Shown here piece by piece: positions 51,471 through 58,377 of a stretch of 58,377 nucleotides of DNA. Made by a program: the position numbers and the translations under genes. The DNA lies in contig NC_068981.1 in the NCBI RefSeq assembly GCF_001194135.2, positions 104,374,535-104,432,911 on the forward strand, written 5' to 3'. The stretch comes from Octopus bimaculoides (taxonomy: Eukaryota). How positions within the stretch are numbered: position 1 is the stretch's first letter; each line of letters begins with the position of its first letter. The notes under the pieces are model-generated. The model had not been told where the DNA came from. It saw nothing but the letters and a program-made list of their open reading frames with translations, and ran no database searches.

Positions 51471-51786
51471 ATACATGCATGCTAGATTGCAAAATATTCA
51501 GTATTGTCCAGACTGGAAAGTACCTAGAAATGGCCTAGAATTTTTCATAATGAGTACTTATTGAGTTAAATAGAACAATGCTATTGCATTTGTTTTGAAT
51601 AATTATCTTTCATGTAAGAAATTAATTTATTTTTCAATACATTTGTAGCAATCTGTATTACTGAGAGTTACTCAATATTAATAGAATATTTTGCAATTTA
51701 ATTGTACAAATGACAAATGATATATAATTCAAGCATATTACTTAACAACACAGAATTAAGTAAATGTGTTTGCAGTTTTATTTCTT

Positions 51787-51860
51787 TTGAAATAAATGGT
51801 TTGAAAAATGGTTTGAAAAATGAGTTTGAAAAATGGTTTGAAAAATGGTTTGAAAAATGA
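51787..51860. repeat. 12-bp tandem repeat gtttgaaaaatg, about 5-6 copies
   Basis: Read directly from the sequence. Confidence 0.9.
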
Positions 51861-52558
51861 GCAGAAACTGCAGTATCATGTCGTAAACCACCCATGAAAA
51901 TATAATCATTTTAATAGCATGTGGAAAATGGAGTACTCTGGGAAGATCCACACACTCAAATACCAGAACTCGAAATACATGCAGTCATAAAGAAATTATA
52001 TAGATAGTTGTAATAAGTTCCAGATTAAATATTATTAGATGTGTAGCCATATTGCTTCGACAATTCTGGCCATTATCCTAACAGCTCCTCAGGAGCATGC
52101 CTATGGGGGCTTTCAACACTTGAGTTTCCTATACAAAGATGGTTTTTAGCTGATATCTAAATCAATTGACACATATATTTGTAAACGATTTTAAGATTTT
52201 GATTTTGATCCAAAGCAATGACAATTTAAGACAAGCCTGGATTTCATTGACTTTGGTTCATTTTGGATCACTGACAAGCAGATAGCAGTCAGCTGACTAC
52301 TACTGCTACTGAGATCTACTGCTTTCTGAGATTTATTTTCATGCAAATCCTTCAATCTAGGGTCTCTAGAGTTTTCTTGTGAGACATTATACATCTAGTT
52401 GTACAATTGCTTGAATGAAGAAAACTCATTGACCATTTTCGAAGTGGACAGTAAATTGTTGAATGCTGGGGCTGGAGTATTTTCATGAATGGGAAAGATT
52501 AAGAATTGCCCAAAAGCTAGGTTTCTACAGTTCTATATTTAAGAGATGAGGAATTATG

Positions 52559-52882
52559 TACATTATTTACATCTTGTTTGTTATTAACACAACGTTTTGG
52601 CTGATATACCCTCCAGCTTTCAGGTGTCTTAGGGAAATTTCGGGCATATGGCATAGGGGTTAAGAGCATGGGCTACTAACCCCAAGATTCCGAGTTCGAT
52701 TCCAAGCAGTGACATGAACAATAACAATAATAATAATAACATCAAAAAATACTTTAGGAATGAGAACCCAGGTTCGAAATTTCCCCAAGACACCTGAAGA
52801 AGGCTGGAGGGTATGTCAGCAGAAACATTGTGTTAACAACAAACGAGATGAGGACAAATATCCGTTGAATGCAAATAATGTA
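52559..52882 (+). mobile_element. tRNA-headed SINE-like element with Penelope-like tail and an inverted partial tail copy upstream
   Basis: A box TGGCATAGGGG (52649-52659), B box GAGTTCGATTCC (52692-52703), (AAT)n spacer, tail to 52882. 52559-52642 is the reverse complement of the tail. Direct repeat ctaggtttct at 52517 and 52884. Confidence 0.75.
52789..52834 (+). ncRNA. Minimal type I hammerhead-ribozyme-like motif (mutated copy)
   Basis: GACAC-CTGAAGA-A-GGCTG-gagggtatgt-CAGCA-GAAAC-ATT-GTGTT. The inverted copy supplies CAGCC and AACGTT, so the two-copy consensus is an intact minimal core. Confidence 0.6.
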
Positions 52883-53199
52883 TCTAGGTTTCTGTTGATG
52901 CATTATCCTTGCTAAAATTGGATAGCTTCATTGAAGCTGTTTTGCTTCATCAGGGCAAACATTGATGAACTTCATTGTATTGCAGAATTCAAAATTGATG
53001 TGTGTTAACTATCTTGGTTATACATAAGTGTTGGCTGTTTTGGTCAGTGATGTGTGTGTTAACTGTCTTGGTCATTGTGTGCTAACTGTCTTGTGTATCT
53101 TATGTTAATTTGTTGACGTATATATTAAATATTTTGAGATTTTATGAAACATCCTACACAGCTTATATGCCCTGAATAAATCAGTGTTTACTTTTGTTT

Positions 53200-53430
53200 A
53201 TATGGTTTTTCTATAGTGCTGAAAATATTCTGGATGCTGTGTATGTAAGTCCTTATTTTTTAGTTGTGGCAAATATATTCTTCCTATGTCAGCTCTTGAG
53301 TGATGTATTTTAAATGCAGTCATTATTTTTCCATAGCATCTATAATTATATGAACTGATTCTGTTCTCAATCCCTTCATTTTGGTTATCTAATTTCAAAT
53401 CTTTAAAATTTCTCTGCTGACTACAGTTCA
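53200..53430 (-). mobile_element. Small post-RT fragment of an R4/NeSL-like element
   Basis: KIMTAFKIHHSRADIGRIYLP matches the clade motif RK.MT...HP.AD..RLYLPR. Confidence 0.55.
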
Positions 53431-53435
53431 TTTAA

Positions 53436-53655
53436 CCCTTTCATTATCATATTTCTGTTGAAATATGCAGCTTTTGTCCCAAGTAATTTTGAAAATAATG
53501 AAGAATTTATTAAAATAATTTTGTCATTATTAAGCTGGAGTTTGGAACATAAATCAACACAGAATTTTGAAGGGAAGATTTAATTTAAATCATTTTAAAA
53601 TGGTAAAAATTTATCATTGTTACGAGCTGTCTCAAGTAGGTTGGTATCAAAAGGG
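53436..53655. mobile_element. piggyBac-like MITE
   Basis: TTAA|cccttt ... aaaggg|TTAG. Confidence 0.72.
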
Positions 53656-54431
53656 TTAGAGATATATTATTGTCCCTTCGAACTGATACATTAAGTAGGA
53701 GTTCTTTTTTCCAATTGTCTTTGGCAATATAGTTGGAGAATTTTCCTTAATATCTTTGTTCGTATAGATTGGCATGACCTAATGTATGGTCACTTTGCCA
53801 TTCATTCTCTGAGATTTTTTCTGGTGTATGTTTCCGCTATCTATTTTCTGTTATTATTTTATATTTCTGACATGATTTTTCATTGTACAAAGTTCCAACC
53901 CTGTAATACCTGTCCATGTTTTGGCTACCTCCACGAACATTCACTCCAGTATAACTTGTAGCTTCATCATTACATAAAATAAAATTTAAAAAATTGCTAT
54001 CTTCCACATCTATTAGTGCTGCAAAGTTCAAAGTATTTTCGTCTATATTTCTTTTAATTTTCACATTTATCATTCTCTTTAATGCATATATATAGACTTT
54101 AACTTAGAGTTTTCTGAAACTTTCTTTCACATTATCAATAAAATTTTACTTCACTAACCATTTTGTTAAAGTTTCATTTTAAGTTTTCTTCTATGTTCTT
54201 TCATGTTATCAATATTTTTCCTTTAATAACAGTCTTGTTATCATTTCACTTCTACCTTTTCCTGCCATGTCATTGACAATACATCGTTCTAAATATTTCA
54301 TAAAATTATTTTGCTCTCTATCTTTTAAAGTTTACATTTAACAATTTCTACAAATTTTAATGTTTTCATGTCCCACATAATTCTTCTTTAATATAATGCC
54401 TATTTATTACAATTTTTTTACCCTCTGCTAC

Positions 54432-54469
<38 letters not shown>

Positions 54470-55374
54470 ATATCCTCTCAAAGATAATGTTTTATTAAAG
54501 TTTCTTCATGTTATCAATAATTTTGTCTATACCATCTGAAATTTAACATTTCCCTTAAATTGCTTTCATGTCATCAATACATTACATTCAATATCTGTTT
54601 ATTATTATTTGCTTTCTACATTTTGTCCTTGTCATCTACAAATTTGTTTAGGAATTATTTTCAGGTTCTCCATACTTTTTCACTTACATAAAGATCCTTT
54701 CCTTACAGTTTTATGTGCTTTCACTTGAATACCAACTTCTCAATATCTCATTTCATGTCTGGAATGTCACAAATCATACAAATTCCCCATCATTTTTCTT
54801 CAATATCATAAATGTTTTGTAGTTTATTGCATTCAGGTGTAACATTGCCAAAATATCCTTTCAAATAATTTCTGTCTGTCTTTCCAATATCATTTCCAAA
54901 ACATACCATTTTCATTAATGGGTATGCAAAACTTTCCAATTCATAAATTTTGCATAAAAATTTAATTTTCCCCAATTTTATTTTGTGAGGCTGCAAACAT
55001 ACCAGCACTGCAGTTTTATACTTCATTTCAGTTGTTGCAGTTTCATTTTCTGATTTACTTTTCTTTATTTCAATTTTAAGTACTGTAAACAAGAAGTTAG
55101 TTCAGTATCAGTTTAGGGGTAAGATAAGAGACCTGAGAGTGTCACAGTCAGAGAAGACAACAATGACAGCTGGTACAAAGAAACATTGCATGCCTGAAGC
55201 AGAGAATATTCAATGTCTATAAGCTCCAAAGGAAAGACAACAAAACAGACAAATGGAGAAAATCCATTGCCAGTCCACAGTAAACTATACAAAGAAAGGC
55301 TGCAGAGGTTGTTTACAAAACACAGTCATTACCAGACATGCTATCTTTAAGATAGCATGTTTGCATTAGAGTCT

Positions 55375-56300
55375 ATGTATGTATGTTTTTTCTTTGAGTT
55401 TAATTTAAGTTCTTGAGAGAGTCCGAGCTAGTTGCTAACAAAGCAACAAGTCTTTTTGAATTAAGAGAGTTCCTGATGTTTGTGAACATGTAGTTGAGTT
55501 AGTGTGTTAGTTGAGCTGTTGACGCATACACCCAAGTATGTGCATCTATTGGCATGATAATCTCACATGGAGAATTTCTGGAATGTCTTACAAATCTTCA
55601 CTGTGCCACTAATAGATTGGATTTGGAAAATCTGTGTCAGTTTCTTTTGCTCTTTTCTTGTGAAACCAAATGTTTCTAGGTTTTCGTGCAAATTTGTTGA
55701 TACATAACCTAATGAACCTATGATGATAGGTACAAATGAGAATTCATAGTCAGGGTACAAGAGCTGTAAGTTCCTCATTTATTCACTATAAATGTTATCT
55801 TTTTCTCGGACTTTTGATTGTACATTCATGTCTGCTGGGAAGCTGACCTCTATAACAGTGCATGACTTTTATTCCTGTCCCATAGAACAATGTCTGTCCT
55901 GTTATGTTTGCACCGAATTGATGTTTTTGTTGAGGTATTCCACTGATATTTGTTTTTTAAAGGTGTGAATACCTGCTGATTCTGATGAACTTTTGATGTA
56001 TACATCAGGGCAGTCCTTTTTACAGATAGCATTGTAAAAAGTTTTTATTGTGCCTCAGGGGCAGGTAGTATCTTGTAGACATTTTGGGGCAGCTGCTGAT
56101 GATGTGAGTGATATCTTCCACAGTGTTTTCTTTTTCTGATATTTTCAGCATTTTTTTTTAAGGATTTCAATAGTTTCTTTTCTGTTTTTTCATCCTCTAC
56201 ACTGTTCTCTGTTATCTTAAACTCTGTTTCATACTTGTTGGCTTTCTTCAAGATAGAAAATAGTTTCTGTTTCATTAATAGTTTTGCTGTTTCTATTGGT
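55375..56300 (-). mobile_element. 3' part of an RLE-type (R4/NeSL-like) non-LTR retrotransposon
   Basis: KRKHCGRY, HNRTDIVLWDRNK (RPD motif) and LQLLYPDYEFSFVPIIIGSLG...QSISGTVKICKTF, then a putative 3'UTR ending near catacatac. Confidence 0.85.
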
Positions 56301-56319
56301 TTCCTCTTCCTTTTTTACT

Positions 56320-56640
56320 AAATATTTCTGTCCTCCAACAGTAGACATTATAAGATAATTTCCTAGTTGCAGAAGACTTTTACCTTCTGTTGGATGACCA
56401 GCAGTCGCCCATGCATACCAGCCTCCCCTCTCCACACCACTGATATTATCCAAGGGAAAGGCAGAGGCTGATACAGCTTAACACCATTGATGTCACAACT
56501 CATTTCTACAGATGAGTGAACTAGAGCAGTATGTTGTGTCTTGCTCAAGGACACAACACACAGTCTGGTCCAGGAATCAAACTGACTACTTCATGATTGT
56601 GAGTCTGATGCTCTAACCACTGAGCCATGCACCTTCTATG
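56320..56640 (-). mobile_element. tRNA-derived SINE family E
   Basis: Similar to 13000-13340 over its length. Confidence 0.85.
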
Positions 56641-56973
56641 AGTGCTGAACAAGGGTGGAAACGTGGTCGATGGTAAATATCAGTATGGAGAAGAAGGTAA
56701 AAGAAATAGCTCAGAACAATGGAGGTGATAAGTGGCAGTACACACCTGTTTTGCAATTAATTCTGCTGCTTGTGTTTCTAATCAATTAATTCCAACTTGA
56801 TAAAGCTTTGCACACTTCAGCAATTGTACTATTTTTGTTCAAATACAAGAATAGCTGTTCTTAGTAAGTTGTGCCATTATAATTGTTGTGAACACCTACA
56901 TTTCAATCAATGCTGCTCCTTGCACCTCTATTTAAATAACTGTGTATCAATTTATCTATTTATGTATCTATCT

Positions 56974-57004
<31 letters not shown>

Positions 57005-57151
57005 TATCTTCTTTCAGGTTTCCGTCTATCATTATTTGGTCATCTTGGTGCTTTAGTAGAAGAACCTTGACCCAGGTACTGACTGATCCAAAAATCCACA
57101 TGGTTTGGAAGCCAACTTCTCAAACACACAGCTATACCTGCACTTATGTAC

Positions 57152-57265
<114 letters not shown>

Positions 57266-57515
57266 AAATAGACAGACAAACATGTATATGTCTAGGAAAG
57301 GATTGTATTGAATAAAAATACCTTGTGTTATTTTTTGTGTTAGTTGTGACCAGCATTGTATCTTATGAGGTTATTAAAATAAGTATCAACTTGGAGTTTT
57401 CCAAGGTCCAACAACTGAATTAAAACAATTTTGAAAAAATGACAAAAAGAAATCAACCTCTTTTTCAATATTTTTTATTTTGCTTTATTGTTTTTTTTTT
57501 TTTTTTTATCTTTAG

Positions 57516-57683
57516 GGATTCTCCAAAATGGCTGGAGTCGGCTTTGGACTACAAGTAGCAGTCAAATTAGTTCCAAACTTGATTCGAATATTGCGAAAAC
57601 CATCTTTATTTTTACATCTTATCTGGCATCAAAATAATCTGAAACTTGGTGCTTTTCTAGGATTATTTTCTACTGTTTTTCGA
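57516..57683 (+). CDS. TMEM135: TMEM135 internal coding exon (168 nt, phase 0-0)
   Basis: Poly-T tract with tttAG acceptor and GTAAGT donor. Encodes GFSKMAGVGFGLQVAVKLVPNLIRILRKPSLFLHLIWHQNNLKLGAFLGLFSTVFR, matching TMEM135 GFIRMFSVGYLIQ...ENFQLGAFLGSFVSIYK. Confidence 0.92.
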
Positions 57684-57787
57684 GTAAGTCCATTTTGTTC
57701 TTGCATCTGTTTGTATTGAAATTTTATCTAATATTTTTAAATTGTGTTTTTGTATTTTTTTTCTTTTTGCTTTTAATATTTTATATT

Positions 57788-58077
57788 CAAGGTTGAGCTA
57801 GCAGAATTGTTTGCACGCCAGTTAAAATGCTTAGCAGCATTTCATCTGCCTTTACATTCTGAGTTCAAATTCTGCTGAGGTCGACTTTGCCTTTCGTCCT
57901 TTCAGGATTAATAAAATAAGTACCAGTTGAAAACTGGGGTTGATATAATTAACTTATTCTCTCCCCTGATATTGCTGGCCTTCCAAAATTTGAAATCAAT
58001 ATTTTGTATTCATCAAGGTAGTGAGCTGGCAGAATTGTTAGCACACTAGTCAAAATTCTTAGTGGTATTTCATTCAT
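57788..58077 (+). mobile_element. Meta-domain SINE plus a second, truncated tandem copy
   Basis: Family B body. The second head at about 58013 is cut by the 58078 insertion. Confidence 0.85.
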
Positions 58078-58377
58078 CATCATCGTTTAACGTCCGCTTT
58101 CCATGCTAGCATGGGTTGGACGATTTGACTGAGGACTGGTGAAACCCGATGGCTACACCAAGCTCCAATCTGATTTGGCAGAGTTTCTACAGCTGGATGC
58201 CCTTCCTAACGCCAACCACTCCAAGAGTGTAGTGGGTGCTTTTACGTGTCACCGGCACGAAGGACAGTCAGGCGGTACTGGCAACGGCCATGCTCAAAAT
58301 GGTGTATTTTATGTGCCACCTGCACAAGAGCCAGTCCAGGGGCACTGGCAACGATCATCATCATCATCATCATCATC
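58078..58377 (-). mobile_element. Young RTE-3'UTR-type repeat (family C); other copies at ~935-1105, 1975-2220, 3205-3280, 5325-5570, 6480-6700, 10670-10850, 21290-21445, 28790-29000, 33520-33620, 36240-36345, 42885-42950, 50300-50500
   Basis: (cat)n cgtttaacgtccgctttccatgctagcatgggttggacg...cagctggatgcccttcctaacgccaaccactcc. Confidence 0.85.

Larger units (their letters stand above)
51900..53000 (-). mobile_element. Highly decayed Helitron Rep/helicase fragment, interrupted by the 52.56 kb insertion
   Basis: Frameshifted FPIHENTP and SIQQFTVHFENGQ*VFF match the Helitron motif FPIHE..P...L.VHLENGQRVYF. Confidence 0.55.

Noticed and set aside
51918-52007. Phase-0 candidate exon HVENGVLWEDPHTQIPELEIHAVIKKLYR*
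   Set aside because: It ends in a stop with no donor, lies antisense to the Helitron relic, and 51287 joins 57516 to give the TMEM135 match.
52643-52715. Possible true tRNA gene; similar heads in SINE families A, D and E
   Set aside because: The acceptor stem does not close, there is no adjacent Pol III terminator, and the sequence continues into repeat body.
56821-56863. 43-nt exon candidate with good AG and GTAAGT sites
   Set aside because: It would shift the TMEM135 frame and has no similarity to the family. At most it is a cryptic exon.

Overview
AT-rich, repeat-dense eukaryotic DNA, most likely a cephalopod (Octopus-type SINEs and microsatellites), with four N gaps (2742-2784, 19539-19944, 22112-22137, 33640-34468). 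The only host gene I can identify is TMEM135 on the + strand: three phase-compatible internal coding exons at 48116-48157, 51086-51287 and 57516-57683. Its 5' and 3' exons are not visible here. The rest is intronic or intergenic mobile DNA: several tRNA-derived SINE families, RTE LINE fragments, two decayed RLE-endonuclease (R4/NeSL-like) retroelements, a Penelope-like 3' end, Tc1 (DD36E) and maT (DD37D) transposase relics, Helitron fragments, hAT- and piggyBac-type MITEs, foldback hairpins and tandem repeats. The most unusual signal is a small element at about 52.56-52.88 kb. It combines a tRNA-like Pol III head with a tail carrying a minimal type I hammerhead-ribozyme fold, preceded by an inverted partial copy of its own tail, as expected of a SINE mobilised by Penelope-like retroelements. 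A second variant hammerhead fold sits in the Penelope-like end at 19.2 kb. All calls are by eye, without database searches; TE boundaries are approximate unless a TSD or TIR is quoted.
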